Shown in pieces: positions 46,016-56,782 of a DNA stretch of 64,000 nucleotides (its first letter is position 1; the number at the start of each line of letters is the position of its first letter). A model generated the notes under the pieces. The model was not told the DNA's origin. It worked only from the letters and a program-made list of their open reading frames with translations, and searched no databases. Source of the DNA: Acidimicrobiales bacterium (lineage in GTDB: Bacteria > Actinomycetota > Acidimicrobiia > Acidimicrobiales > SZUA-35); assembly GCA_020629155.1 (NCBI GenBank), contig JAHDDW010000011.1:19412-83411 (forward strand). Direction: 5' to 3'. The position numbers and the translations under genes are program-made.

Positions 46016-48318
46016 AGAAAGCCTCTCAACTGCTCTTCGATAACGACACGTTACAAGGCGCTGCCTATGCCAGAGAACACAGCAAAACGCTCGACAACTT
46101 TGTTTGCTTACCTTTTACCGACGAAACACTCACTAGCTCCTTCGCTTTGCTTGCCGTCGGCGGCTACGGACGCTACGAACTTTGCCCCTACAGCGACATA
46201 GATTTGCTGCTGATCCATGATGGAGAGCCAGCTATCGCCGAAGTAGCCGAAACTATTTTATATCCACTTTGGGACCGCGACATTAAGGTAGGCCACGCAG
46301 TAACAAGCGTCGCCGATAGCGAAGATTTTCTTCGCAAAAACTTCAATTGGGCGACATCTGTACTCAGCAGCAGACTTCTCTACGGCAGCGAAGAACTATT
46401 TTCGGCATTTCAAACGGTCTACGAACAGTTCTGGGAAATAGAAAACGAAACATTGATGCAGCAAATAATTGCATCAACCAAAGAACGCAAACGTAGATAC
46501 GGAGAAGTAGGTTCGTCAACCGAACCAAACATCAAAAACGGTCGCGGTGGGCTGCGCGATATCCATACGCTGCAATGGGCAGCCAACCAAGACCTGCTAT
46601 TTGCTAGCCACCTTGAAATTTTACAACCTGATTTCGACTTTTTGTTGGCTTGCAGAGTAGCACTTCATCGCGTGCTGGGGCGAAACAATGAACGACTAAC
46701 GTTTGATGCACAAGACGAAATCGCACAAATTTTGGGTTACGAAACATCCCACCTATTTATGCTAGATTTCGCTGCTGCAGCCAACCGAATCAACTGGTAT
46801 TGTGACGATGCATGGTTCCAGTGGCGCCAAAACCAGATCGCAGATCTGCAACCTGAATATTTGCCGGGCGAACCAGACTTCGAGCAATACGGCCGCTCTA
46901 TCCGAATCGCTCCAGATGTTGTGCTAAGCCAAAGCGATCCGTTTCTGTTCTTACGATTCGCCAAAGTAGCCGCCCAACTAGACCTAGTTATGGACCGAGA
47001 TTCACTATCTGCGCTAGCGAAATCACTCGAACAGCTAGTGCTACCAGAGCAATGGTCAGGCTACGGAAGAACATGCCTTATGGATCTTCTTCTTGCTGGG
47101 CGAGCTATGATCCCTAAAATCGAAGACCTCTCGCATTATGGTTTGATGGAATACATTTTGCCGCAATGGGAAGCCGTTCGGTTCCACCCACAACGCAACG
47201 TTTTACACACCTTCACAATCGACCGGCACCTTTGCGAAGCAGCAGCGAACGCAGCAGAAAAAGCGCACCTAGTCGACAGACAAGACCTGCTCGTTGTCGG
47301 CGTTTTCCTTCACGACATCGGCAAGGGCTTCCCTGGTGATCACACAGACGTTGGCGTCGAACTCATCCCAACTATTTGCGCAAGGTGGGGTTTTAACGAA
47401 GCAGATATTGCTGTTCTTGTCGACCTGTGCCGCTTACATTTGCTGCTGCCAGACGTTGCCACACGGCGAGATCTGACAGACCCTGGCACTATTCGTTCTG
47501 TTGCAGCCGAAGTTGACGACATCGAATTTTTGCAGCTACTGGCCATACTTACCGAAGCTGACTCTATCGCAACAGGACCATCGGCTTGGGGGTCGTGGAA
47601 AGCAAACCTTGTTGAACAGCTCGTTGATCGAACATCTTTTATTCTAGAAGGCGGCAAGTTCGAAGAAATTGAAGTTCAAGAGTTTCCGCCTACAGAGCTG
47701 CGAGAACGATTCGAACATGACGAAACGCTGATCGAAGGAGCAGGAGGACAACTAACAGTCGTTGCCGTGGGAATCGACGACCAGTTCCAGAAGATAGCTG
47801 GCGTTTTAGCCATCATGGGCTTAAAAGTGTTAGAAGCTTCGATAGCAAATGAAGTCAACAGCGCTGGGCAAATGGCGTGTGCCAGCCGATTTGTCTTGCA
47901 ACAATCAAGCCATGCATCGATCGACTGGCCAGATGTAGAAACAAAGGTTCTTCAAGCGTTAGAGGGGCGTTTAGCGATTAAAGCACGACTCGCGCAACGA
48001 CAAAAAGAATTGAAACTTCTACGGCGCCGCCTAGCCGCAGAGCACCCAAAACGCAAAGTTGTTTTCGATAATAACATTTCAGATTCTGCCACTGTCGTAG
48101 AAGTACATGCAAAAAATACTTTTGGGCTTCTCTACCACTTGGCAACAGCCCTGGCAGAATTTGACCTTGTTATTGACGTTGCAAAAATACAAACGTTTGG
48201 ACCACAAATCGTGGATAGCTTCTACGTACGGACCCAAAAAGGTCGGAAAATATTTGACTCACACATGCTAAGCGAAATTTCTTTAGCGTTGAAAGAAGTC
48301 ATCCACCGCTCTGACTAG
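46012..48318 (+). CDS. glnD: [Protein-PII] uridylyltransferase/uridylyl-removing enzyme
   Basis: NTase GGYGRYELCPYSDIDLL, HD domain FLHDIGKG and two C-terminal ACT-like repeats. Confidence 0.85.
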   Translation: MKKASQLLFDNDTLQGAAYAREHSKTLDNFVCLPFTDETLTSSFALLAVGGYGRYELCPYSDIDLLLIHDGEPAIAEVAETILYPLWDRDIKVGHAVTSVADSEDFLRKNFNWATSVLSSRLLYGSEELFSAFQTVYEQFWEIENETLMQQIIASTKERKRRYGEVGSSTEPNIKNGRGGLRDIHTLQWAANQDLLFASHLEILQPDFDFLLACRVALHRVLGRNNERLTFDAQDEIAQILGYETSHLFMLDFAAAANRINWYCDDAWFQWRQNQIADLQPEYLPGEPDFEQYGRSIRIAPDVVLSQSDPFLFLRFAKVAAQLDLVMDRDSLSALAKSLEQLVLPEQWSGYGRTCLMDLLLAGRAMIPKIEDLSHYGLMEYILPQWEAVRFHPQRNVLHTFTIDRHLCEAAANAAEKAHLVDRQDLLVVGVFLHDIGKGFPGDHTDVGVELIPTICARWGFNEADIAVLVDLCRLHLLLPDVATRRDLTDPGTIRSVAAEVDDIEFLQLLAILTEADSIATGPSAWGSWKANLVEQLVDRTSFILEGGKFEEIEVQEFPPTELRERFEHDETLIEGAGGQLTVVAVGIDDQFQKIAGVLAIMGLKVLEASIANEVNSAGQMACASRFVLQQSSHASIDWPDVETKVLQALEGRLAIKARLAQRQKELKLLRRRLAAEHPKRKVVFDNNISDSATVVEVHAKNTFGLLYHLATALAEFDLVIDVAKIQTFGPQIVDSFYVRTQKGRKIFDSHMLSEISLALKEVIHRSD

Positions 48319-48519
48319 GTGGTGTCGTGTATAGTGGCGTGCTTATGGCAAGGTATTTGAGGTATCCCCCTCTAGCCACGTCACTCCCAGCTAAAGCCAC
48401 GCCATAGTCACAGCCACGTCGTTCCCAGCTACGACTGGGAATCTGGCCAAGGAGAGATCCCCAATCAAGTTGGGGATGACAAGATCAAGTTGGGGATGAC
48501 GTGGCACAAACACCTTGGA
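48319..48519 (+). repeat. Intergenic repeat element with 2 copies of a 20-nt tandem unit
   Basis: Starts at the base after the glnD stop. Contains AGCCACGTC[A/G][C/T]TCCCAGCTA twice (48374, 48412) and the hairpin TTCCCAG/CTGGGAA. The block CCAAGGAGAGATCCCCAATCAAGTTGGGGATGAC (48447-48480) is identical to 58958-58991. CAAGTTGGGGATGAC occurs at 48466 and 48486. Confidence 0.8.
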
Positions 48520-48528
48520 GTAAACCTG

Positions 48529-49431
48529 CTAGCGTTCTCGGTCGCGCAAGAATTGTTCAAGCTCTTCGATAAGCGCCGCCCCTGATTCTGGCTTCATGCT
48601 GCTGTCGTATGACTCCTCCAGCTCAGTAATATATTGCTGGGTTTCATCATCTTGCGCAATCAACTCGTTCAGCCTTGCTTCATAATTTACTGTATTCGCT
48701 TCCATTTCAGTGGTTTCAAGCGAGATAGACAAAATCTGCTCTATCCGCTGCACCATAGCAAGCGACGCTTTGGGGTTAACCACATGGGGCGCATAGCTAG
48801 GAACCGTACCCCACAGAGAAAGCGAACCGACTTCGGCAGTTGTAAGCGCATCAAGCAGCACGCCAACAATACCAGTAGGCCCTTCATAGTTCGAAGGCTC
48901 AAGATCAAGCTCTTTAATGAGCTTAGGAAACGGACTAGTTGAATAAATAGTTGTCGGCCGAGTATGCACAACATCAGCAACAAGTGCACCCAGAGAAATA
49001 ACTAACTCAACGTCGTATTCTTCGACAATGGCCATTATTTGTTCGGTGTATGTCCGCCAAAAAAGCTGCGGCTCGTTCCCTAAGAGAACGATAAGATCAT
49101 GGTCATGATCAGGCAGTTCTATAGCATAAAAGTTATTTTTAGGCCAACTAATCTGCCGTCCTTCTTGCGTAATCTCAACAAAAGGACGCGATTCGGTGAA
49201 ATCATAGAACCCTTCGGGGTCAATATCGGCAAAAATCTCGCCGCCTAAGCTTTTTCGCACATACTCAGCCGCAGCAGTAGCAGCTTCACCCGCATCGTTC
49301 CAACCCTCAAAAGCTACAATCAGCTTTGGCGAACGCAACTGCGGTCTCGCTATCCATCGTATTTTATCCACATGATTCAGGGTACCTCTAAAATTGTTTC
49401 TTTTAGGCTCACCTTGCCATGGCTCAGCCAA
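48529..49431 (-). CDS. PAC2 (proteasome assembly chaperone-like) family protein
   Basis: LIVAFEGWNDAGEAATAAAEYV signature. The TTG start immediately follows the clpB stop. Confidence 0.75.
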   Translation of the reverse strand: MAEPWQGEPKRNNFRGTLNHVDKIRWIARPQLRSPKLIVAFEGWNDAGEAATAAAEYVRKSLGGEIFADIDPEGFYDFTESRPFVEITQEGRQISWPKNNFYAIELPDHDHDLIVLLGNEPQLFWRTYTEQIMAIVEEYDVELVISLGALVADVVHTRPTTIYSTSPFPKLIKELDLEPSNYEGPTGIVGVLLDALTTAEVGSLSLWGTVPSYAPHVVNPKASLAMVQRIEQILSISLETTEMEANTVNYEARLNELIAQDDETQQYITELEESYDSSMKPESGAALIEELEQFLRDRER

Positions 49432-51939
49432 CTACTCAATCACAAGCTGGGAGTCGGACAAACTGACAGTAACAGTTGCGCCTTCTACTAGACGGCCGTC
49501 TAGTAGCATCATGGCAATCTTATCGACCAGTTCTTTTTGCACCACACGTTTCAGTGGCCGAGCGCCAAACGCCCGATCATAGCCAAGCGCAGCCAGATGC
49601 ACTTTGGCCTCATCTGACACAACCAGCGTCATCGAACGTGCCGCTAGACGTTTCGCTACCTGCTCTAACTGGATAGACACAATTTGTGTTAAGTTTTCTT
49701 CGCTGAGCGCGTCAAAGCGAACAATATCGTCAACTCGGTTCACAAATTCGGGACGGAAAAAATCTTTCGGATCACCAGCCAAGTTGGATGTCATAATCAG
49801 CACCACGTTTGTGAAATCGACCGTGCGTCCCTGCCCGTCAGTTAAGCGTCCGTCGTCGAGCAACTGCAACAGCACGTTAAACACGTCAGGATGTGCTTTT
49901 TCGACCTCATCTAGCAGCACCACTGCATAGGGGCGGCGGCGCACCGCTTCGGTAAGCTGCCCGCCTTGTTCATACCCCACATAGCCAGGTGGTGAACCAA
50001 TCAAACGACTCACCGCATGTTTTTCCATATATTCGCTCATGTCGATACGCACCATTGCACGTTCGTCATCGAAAAGAAAATCGGCTAGCGTGCGAGCCAG
50101 CTCGGTTTTGCCAACACCAGTTGGGCCAAGGAAAAGGAAACTGCCAATCGGGCGATTCGCGTCAGCTAACCCAGAACGACTGCGACGAATAGCATTCGCT
50201 GTCGCCTCGACAGCAGTCTTTTGGCCAATCACCCGACGGCCAAGCTCTTGCTCTAGCCGCACAAGCTTGGCGGATTCTTCTTCGACCAGACGAGCAACGG
50301 GCACACCTGTCCAGCGGCTAACAACCTCGGCGATGTCTGCCTCGTCAACTTCTTCTTTAAGCATTGTGCGGACAGACTGCAACTCGCTCAACGCAGCCGA
50401 CGCTCGTTCAATATCGGTTTCAAGCGACGGCAACGTGCTGTAGCGAATCTCGGCGGCCTGCTCTAAATCAGTTTCGCGTTCAAGTTGACGAGTCAGCGAA
50501 TCGTGGCGTTCTTTCAACGACTGGATTTTTTCGATGGCATCTTTCTCGTTGCGCCAATGCGCTCGCATGCCAGCGGCTTGCTCTTGCAAATCTGCCAGCT
50601 CGCTGTCGAGCTCTTCTTTACGCTGTTTAGACTCGCGATCTTTCTCTTTCGACAACGCCAATATTTCCATCTCTATTTGACGAATCCGCCGTTCGATAAC
50701 ATCGATCTCTGTCGGCAGCGAATCTATCTCCATTCGCAGTTTTGAAGCCGCCTCATCAACTAAGTCGATTGCTTTATCAGGCAAGAACCTGCCCGATACA
50801 TAGCGATCTGACAGTTGCGCCGCTGCGACAAGCGCCCCGTCTTGAATTCGCACACCGTGATGCACTTCATAGCGCTCTTTAAGGCCACGCAAAATAGCGA
50901 CCGAATCGTCTACAGAAGGCTCACCCACGTAGACTTGTTGGAAGCGTCGCTCCAACGCTGGGTCTTTTTCGACATAGTGACGATATTCGTCTAGCGTGGT
51001 GGCCCCCACCATCCGCAGTTGCCCACGAGCCAGCAACGGTTTCAACATGTTTGACGCATCCATTGCGCTATCGCCAGCAGCGCCAGCACCGACAACGGTG
51101 TGCATCTCGTCAATAAACGTGATCACTTCCCCCTCGGCATCGGTTATTTCTTTCAGTACTGCTTTGAGGCGCTCTTCAAATTCGCCGCGAAACTTCGCAC
51201 CTGCAATCATTGCAGACATATCTAACGCAATAACTCGACGGTTTTGCAGGCTTGTCGGCACATCACCTTCGACGATGCGTTGCGCCAGACCTTCTGCTAT
51301 TGCGGTTTTCCCGACGCCAGGTTCACCAATGAGCACAGGGTTATTTTTGGTGCGGCGACTTAACACCTGCACGACACGACGGATCTCTTCATCCCTGCCG
51401 ATGACAGGATCAAGCTTGCCGCTGCGAGCCAGCTCTGTTAAATCTTGGCCATATTGTTCTAACGATTGAAACGTGCCTTCTGGGTTTTGATTCACTACTC
51501 GATGTGACCCTCGAATTTCTTTCAATGCTGCAAGCAGAGCCGCTTTGTCAATAGCGAGCCGCTGCGATGTTTTTGGTGCTGTTTTCTGATCCGCCAATGC
51601 AACAAGAACATGTTCGGTTGAGACATAGTCGTCGCCTAGCTCAACTCGAACATTGTCTGCCTCGGCGAGGACCATCGTTGCTTCTTTAGAAAGGCGTGTT
51701 TCAGCGCCATATGCTTTAGCTAAGGTCTCAGTCGCTTTTTGCGCATCTGCACGCACCGTCGCTATCGCAACGTCGAGCTTTGCGAGCACAGGCAAGACAA
51801 CGCCTTCTTGTTGCATAAGCAACGCAAGGAGGAGGTGATCGGCGACAACCTCAGCGTTTGAAGCAGCTGCTGCCAGCTCTATTGCGCTCGCAACGGTTTC
51901 TTGTGTTTTTGTGGTCCATGTATCGGGATGTAAAGCCAT
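49432..51939 (-). CDS. clpB: ATP-dependent chaperone ClpB
   Basis: Two AAA modules ([20 protein letters not shown]), a long coiled-coil middle domain and Clp_N. ATG 51939 ([14 protein letters not shown]) is preferred over GTG 51954. Confidence 0.95.
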   Translation of the reverse strand: MALHPDTWTTKTQETVASAIELAAAASNAEVVADHLLLALLMQQEGVVLPVLAKLDVAIATVRADAQKATETLAKAYGAETRLSKEATMVLAEADNVRVELGDDYVSTEHVLVALADQKTAPKTSQRLAIDKAALLAALKEIRGSHRVVNQNPEGTFQSLEQYGQDLTELARSGKLDPVIGRDEEIRRVVQVLSRRTKNNPVLIGEPGVGKTAIAEGLAQRIVEGDVPTSLQNRRVIALDMSAMIAGAKFRGEFEERLKAVLKEITDAEGEVITFIDEMHTVVGAGAAGDSAMDASNMLKPLLARGQLRMVGATTLDEYRHYVEKDPALERRFQQVYVGEPSVDDSVAILRGLKERYEVHHGVRIQDGALVAAAQLSDRYVSGRFLPDKAIDLVDEAASKLRMEIDSLPTEIDVIERRIRQIEMEILALSKEKDRESKQRKEELDSELADLQEQAAGMRAHWRNEKDAIEKIQSLKERHDSLTRQLERETDLEQAAEIRYSTLPSLETDIERASAALSELQSVRTMLKEEVDEADIAEVVSRWTGVPVARLVEEESAKLVRLEQELGRRVIGQKTAVEATANAIRRSRSGLADANRPIGSFLFLGPTGVGKTELARTLADFLFDDERAMVRIDMSEYMEKHAVSRLIGSPPGYVGYEQGGQLTEAVRRRPYAVVLLDEVEKAHPDVFNVLLQLLDDGRLTDGQGRTVDFTNVVLIMTSNLAGDPKDFFRPEFVNRVDDIVRFDALSEENLTQIVSIQLEQVAKRLAARSMTLVVSDEAKVHLAALGYDRAFGARPLKRVVQKELVDKIAMMLLDGRLVEGATVTVSLSDSQLVIE

Positions 51940-51963
51940 ATTGACACTATACACAGGTTCACA

Positions 51964-51990
51964 AAACTTGACAATGAATGCATCAAGTTT
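51964..51990. promoter_or_regulatory. HAIR-like inverted repeat (possible HspR operator) upstream of clpB
   Basis: AAACTTGA-N11-TCAAGTTT, that is CTTGAca-N7-caTCAAG, against the HAIR consensus CTTGAGT-N7-ACTCAAG. It lies 25-50 nt upstream of the clpB start. Confidence 0.4.
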
Positions 51991-52078
51991 TTTAATCTAA
52001 ATATTTTAGATATTTTGATTTCGTCTCCCAATTTTTGACAACCGACAAGCAAGGCGATAAACATAGTACGCTAGATGC

Positions 52079-52504
52079 GTGAACATTATTGAAGTAACAG
52101 AAGTAGATGACCAACTTATTGAAGCATTTGACCGACTGACGCCTCAGCTGTCGTCTTCTAACCCGCCCCCAACAGCGGAAGAACTGGCCGCTATCGTGGG
52201 CTCTGAAGCCAGCAGATTGTTTGTCGCAAAAGAAGACGACACGATTTATGGCACTTTAACCTTAGCTGTGTTCCGGATTCCAACAGGACTACGGGCCTGG
52301 GTTGAAGACGTTGTCGTTGACAGTGCCGCTCGCGGCAAAGGTGTTGGCGCGCAATTAAGCGAAGCGGCTATCGCCTTAGCGAAAGACCTCGGAGCGACGA
52401 CTGTTGATTTAACATCGCGACCTAGCCGTGAAGCTGCCAACCGCCTCTACCAGCGACTAGGTTTCGTCAAACGCGAAACAAACGTTTACCGCTACAAGAT
52501 CTAA
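52079..52504 (+). CDS. GNAT family N-acetyltransferase
   Basis: VVVDSAARGKGVGAQLSEAAIALAKDLG motif A. Confidence 0.8.
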   Translation: MNIIEVTEVDDQLIEAFDRLTPQLSSSNPPPTAEELAAIVGSEASRLFVAKEDDTIYGTLTLAVFRIPTGLRAWVEDVVVDSAARGKGVGAQLSEAAIALAKDLGATTVDLTSRPSREAANRLYQRLGFVKRETNVYRYKI

Positions 52505-52521
52505 AAAATTCAACCAAAAAC

Positions 52522-52557
52522 GAAGAAGGAGACCCGACTTAGCAGGTCTCCTTCTTC
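52522..52557. terminator. Intrinsic terminator hairpin between convergent genes
   Basis: Perfect 13-bp stem GAAGAAGGAGACC / GGTCTCCTTCTTC with a 10-nt loop. On the minus strand it is followed by GTTTTTGGTTGAATTTTTT. Confidence 0.75.
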
Positions 52558-52627
52558 TAAACAAAATGTGTTAGCTTTAGCTGTATTCGGTACTTGGACC
52601 GTCGCCAGGCTTGAGCGTCACAGTCGA

Positions 52628-54547
52628 TTAGTTCGCAGCCTCTTCCACAAGGTCACGACCAATTGTTGTTTCTGTAGCAAAGTCTTCCATATCACTATCT
52701 TCGATTATTATGCCGTTGAGCTCTCTCCCGTCGAGCTCTCTTAGTTCATCAAAATCGATCGTTGTTCTCGGCGAATCAAGATCAAACTCTTCCATTGCGT
52801 CAAACTCTTCTAATGAATCGAAATCAATTGTCGTATCAACAGGACTGAATTCAGTACTGAAATCGTCGTCACCCAACACAGAGTCGAACGCTTGCGTTGA
52901 ACTTTCGCCTAGATCGACTATGTCTTCCCAAAGAGTTTCTAACTCGTCTAACTCTTCTTTATCAATAGCTTTTAACACGTCAACACCCATATACATGTAG
53001 GTCGGTACGCCGCTGACGAACCATTTACCGTCTCGCTCAACAACAACGACACCCAAGTCTTCCATGTCATCGAAGATCGCCGAGAACTCTTTATAAAGGT
53101 TCACAACGTTTGAAAGATTTTCAACATCGTCGCTACATTGCGTATCGCCTTCGCTCACCTCTAGCTCTGGGTTAGAAGATGTTGACGCAATGTCATAAGA
53201 AAGACAACCATCGCTATAGCTAAATTCTGCTTCACCTTCGATTGTTTCGCCTCCTATATCACCTTCTAGCGAACCAGAACCAGCAAGGTCATCGATATCA
53301 ACGTCAAACTCACCGCTTATGGTTCCTTCTTCTTCAGGTGGACCTTCCACCGAGAATGTTCCCTTTGCTGTCCATTCTTCACGATTCACGTCTGCGTCAA
53401 ATTTGATGTTACCACCGTCAACGTCAACGTCCGCGACAAGCTTATTATCGCTAATAGTCACATCGAAATCGCTGCCTTCAGCGGATCCTTTTGCAGTGAA
53501 CGTACCGTCCACAGATTCGAAATCTATGTCAGTAGCAGAGGCGACATCTTTAATGCTACCTTTAAAGCCGTCAACAACAGCAACATTACGACCGTCACGT
53601 TCTTGCACATCAGCACTGACCGACTCGATTGTGAATGGATTCTCAGATTCCCGTGCAGCTAGATACGCTTCTATAGCATCAGCGCCAAACAGGCTCCAAT
53701 AATCATACATGACTCGAAACTCCGCAGGGTCTAACGTAGCGGCAGCCTTTTCTAAATCACCATCAAGCGCGGCCAAAACAATTTGTTCAACAACGTCTTC
53801 TTTAGAGTCAACACCTTGAGGAACAAGCGCTTCCTTAAAGTTAGGCAGATCCACACCTGCGTCTTCGCGAGCAAGCTCAGCCAGGGTATAGACGATGCTG
53901 GCGTAATAGTCGTCGCCTTCCTTAGCTACAACGAAAGTGAAGTCTTCGTCGGCAAAATCGACCGTTTCTGTTTCTGTTCCAGCGCCTGCCATCATCTCGT
54001 CAACGTCGCCCAAACGATCACCTGCGATAGTAGCAAATTTTTCAGCATCAAAGGTGACATCCATTGTCCCGCTAACAACCTCAACACTATGAAGGTCGTC
54101 ACTGTTTCCGAGTGGCTCTATCAAAAACTCAAGCTTTTCTGTAACTTCAAACTCCAAACCAGTAAAGTTATTAAGCTCTCCATCGTTTACAGTGTCATCA
54201 CCAACTATTTCAAGGCGAGCTAGTTCTGTCATCAACGCTGTCGTCGGCTCGATCCATGCTTCACGTTCTGAAGGTAACATAATATCAGTGACACCAATAA
54301 TGTCGTCGTTGTCGATAGCTTCGAACAACACCTCGGCTGCGGCTTCTGGAGTCGACTCACCTTCAGGTTCTGAATCAAGCGATTGCGTTACTGCATAAGC
54401 ACCACCACCCACTAAACCTAGCGCAGCGACCACTATACCGATACGGCCAAATAGTTTTTTCTTGCCACCCTTTTTTTCTGGTGGCGCAAATTGCGGCTGG
54501 TTCGGAGGTGAACCTTGCGGTTGATATGGAAATTGGTTCTCTGCCAT
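52628..54547 (-). CDS. Highly acidic membrane-anchored protein, unknown function
   Basis: Pro/Gln-rich N-terminus, one TM (IGIVVAALGLVGGGAYAV) and a ~570-aa Asp/Glu-rich ectodomain. ATG 54547 is preceded by GGGAGGG and is preferred over TTG 54565. Confidence 0.55.
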   Translation of the reverse strand: MAENQFPYQPQGSPPNQPQFAPPEKKGGKKKLFGRIGIVVAALGLVGGGAYAVTQSLDSEPEGESTPEAAAEVLFEAIDNDDIIGVTDIMLPSEREAWIEPTTALMTELARLEIVGDDTVNDGELNNFTGLEFEVTEKLEFLIEPLGNSDDLHSVEVVSGTMDVTFDAEKFATIAGDRLGDVDEMMAGAGTETETVDFADEDFTFVVAKEGDDYYASIVYTLAELAREDAGVDLPNFKEALVPQGVDSKEDVVEQIVLAALDGDLEKAAATLDPAEFRVMYDYWSLFGADAIEAYLAARESENPFTIESVSADVQERDGRNVAVVDGFKGSIKDVASATDIDFESVDGTFTAKGSAEGSDFDVTISDNKLVADVDVDGGNIKFDADVNREEWTAKGTFSVEGPPEEEGTISGEFDVDIDDLAGSGSLEGDIGGETIEGEAEFSYSDGCLSYDIASTSSNPELEVSEGDTQCSDDVENLSNVVNLYKEFSAIFDDMEDLGVVVVERDGKWFVSGVPTYMYMGVDVLKAIDKEELDELETLWEDIVDLGESSTQAFDSVLGDDDFSTEFSPVDTTIDFDSLEEFDAMEEFDLDSPRTTIDFDELRELDGRELNGIIIEDSDMEDFATETTIGRDLVEEAAN

Positions 54548-54575
54548 TTTTGGTAGCCCTCCCAAGGGATATTTT

Positions 54576-55043
54576 TTAGCTTATGTCCACTGCAGCCGAT
54601 TTCTTTCTCATCAACCAACATGTGAAAAACGTAAACCCTGACAGTGTAACGGCAACTACGCCCACAATACTAAGAAGGTGTCCGCTTTGTAACCCTAGAA
54701 GCCGCCAAAGAACTACTCCAGTGACAGCTGGAATCAAACTAGAGATAAATAGAATAGAAAAACCAGTTTTTATCCATTTTATCGCAATAAGGAGAAGTCC
54801 TAAACCTATAGAAACAGGTAGCATGAACCAGACGTAGCGCATTGGAGTAAATTTGGCGAAAAACTCGATGAAATCAAATGACTGCAATGTTTTAAACATC
54901 TCAAAACTGTTACGAATACGCTCCCCTGATTGGAACCATCCAAGCCAAAGCGACACCAGCGTCAAAAAAGCAGAAACAACCAATAAGCCAATACCTGCTC
55001 TATATAGCTGAACTTCACTTGTGTTTCTCTGCATCTGAACCAC
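54576..55043 (-). CDS. Small integral membrane protein (4 TM)
   Basis: 155 aa with four hydrophobic helices. It ends 28 nt upstream of the preferred ATG 54547 start of the acidic protein gene. Confidence 0.5.
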   Translation of the reverse strand: MVQMQRNTSEVQLYRAGIGLLVVSAFLTLVSLWLGWFQSGERIRNSFEMFKTLQSFDFIEFFAKFTPMRYVWFMLPVSIGLGLLLIAIKWIKTGFSILFISSLIPAVTGVVLWRLLGLQSGHLLSIVGVVAVTLSGFTFFTCWLMRKKSAAVDIS

Positions 55044-55162
55044 CCTTACTCCACATAAAAGAGTAGCACCTTACAGCAAGAAACAATGCCCCTGCATTGC
55101 CTGCACTCGACGCGCCACTCAACAGCACCGAGACGCACGATGCAAGACAGACTGACCGAGCA

Positions 55163-55828
55163 TCACGTCTGGTGTTTAATGGCTTCGATCCTGTCATAGA
55201 TTATTGAAAATGCTCGACCCACATCTTTATCATGAATATAAATTGTGATGTCTTTGGGTGTTGTGATAATTTCCACAGAAGAGATATTGTGCCATGCAAG
55301 GATTTGAATCGGATAGTACAAAACACCCGATCTTGTGACTTGCCCAGGACTCCGTTTGAGAGAAAGCGCGGAAAGGTTGGGAACAACTCCCAAAACTAAC
55401 TTTTCGCTTATTCGTTCCCTCAGCCTTTTACTAAAACCTTTGGGAGCCATAACATTTATACCTTGGTGCCCCATCGAAGCAATGGCTACATTCCCCATCC
55501 AATCAGGCGTGTTGGCTGTATCGATAATTTCAGTATGCATTCTTACTGTATTCGCTACCGTAATTTCTTCTAAGCCTGAAACAACTGATAAATCATGCAA
55601 AAAATGGCCGGGATTAACAGACTCATATGGTTTCATGTCAGCTTGCAAACGCTGCAAAGCGATGACGATGGAACCGTGTGATGCCGATTTCATCAAAGTT
55701 TTTTCGATAGCAGGTTGCAGTTTTTTAGCCAAAGCCGAGAGGTTAAGAATCTTTTCACTCATCATTTCCAGCATTTGCGGGTATTCATTAAGTTCTTTTT
55801 CGACAACTGAAGCAATCGTTCTCGCCAT
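55163..55828 (-). CDS. Hypothetical protein with ACT-like C-terminal region
   Basis: ATG 55828 (MARTIASV) has AGGGA upstream. The C-terminal pattern LSALSLKRSPGQVTRSGVLYYPIQILAWHNISSVEIITTPKDITIYIHDKDVGRAF is ACT-like. This is a weak assignment. Confidence 0.35.
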   Translation of the reverse strand: MARTIASVVEKELNEYPQMLEMMSEKILNLSALAKKLQPAIEKTLMKSASHGSIVIALQRLQADMKPYESVNPGHFLHDLSVVSGLEEITVANTVRMHTEIIDTANTPDWMGNVAIASMGHQGINVMAPKGFSKRLRERISEKLVLGVVPNLSALSLKRSPGQVTRSGVLYYPIQILAWHNISSVEIITTPKDITIYIHDKDVGRAFSIIYDRIEAIKHQT

Positions 55829-56113
55829 ACACAAATCCCTATCAAGATAGGTAAATATTATACTAAATGTATTATACATGCAGCAAAAATGCATTAAATG
55901 TTTTTTTGTAGCATTCACAGCTCCAAGTTTCTACCTTGGAGCATATGGGAATAGTAATTTTAAGATCGCACGTTATAGGAGTTTCAGCGTCTGCGTTGAT
56001 GCACACATTCGCCTGGCAGACAGCCTTCCATGCAAATTTTTCTGAACTTGAAATGACAACTGACTGAAATTGACAAGTCCACCCAACAAATTCCAGCCAG
56101 GAAAAACTACCGT

Positions 56114-56782
56114 ATGAAAATTGAACTATTGAAAAAATCTCAACTAGGAAAAATTCTTGCTATTCAGGAAGCTGTCCTTGAAGAGGTTGGAGAAGCCCAA
56201 TTTTCTCCAGTACCCAGAAACCAGATTTCCTGTCGTCTCCATCAGGGTTTAAGTTTCGGCGCTTACGTTGATGATAATTTAGTAGGCGTACTAGTAAATT
56301 TTCTCGATGAAGCAGCTCTTCCTATCTATGCAACGAAAATGGGCATCCCAATTAATCTTGATGCTGGCTATGCCCAATTTTTTTATATTGTTGCACCTGC
56401 CTATCGTGGCCAGAGAATCGCAAATCAATTATTAAATCAAGCTATACATGCAGCTCGACAACAAGACGTTCAGCATGTTGTTGCAACCGTGGCGGTGGAT
56501 AATGTCGCAAGCCTCAAAATGCTTTTTGAAAATCGGATGCAAATAAGATACGCAGGAAACGTCTATGGAGAAAAGATTAGATTTATAACGCATCAAGACC
56601 TTCGCACACCTCAAAACGTTGACAATTATTCAAGACAATATATAGCGAGTGCAGATATTGCTGCTCAACAAAAAATAATATCACAGCAATTCGTCGGAGT
56701 TGGGATACAAACTTCTGAATCAGGTGTTGCTATTGGCTACGAAAAAATGGCTCCCCCAGAACAAGCGACGCACCAGCGCTGA
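56114..56782 (+). CDS. GNAT family N-acetyltransferase
   Basis: VAPAYRGQRIANQLLNQAIHAARQQ motif A. Confidence 0.75.
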   Translation: MKIELLKKSQLGKILAIQEAVLEEVGEAQFSPVPRNQISCRLHQGLSFGAYVDDNLVGVLVNFLDEAALPIYATKMGIPINLDAGYAQFFYIVAPAYRGQRIANQLLNQAIHAARQQDVQHVVATVAVDNVASLKMLFENRMQIRYAGNVYGEKIRFITHQDLRTPQNVDNYSRQYIASADIAAQQKIISQQFVGVGIQTSESGVAIGYEKMAPPEQATHQR

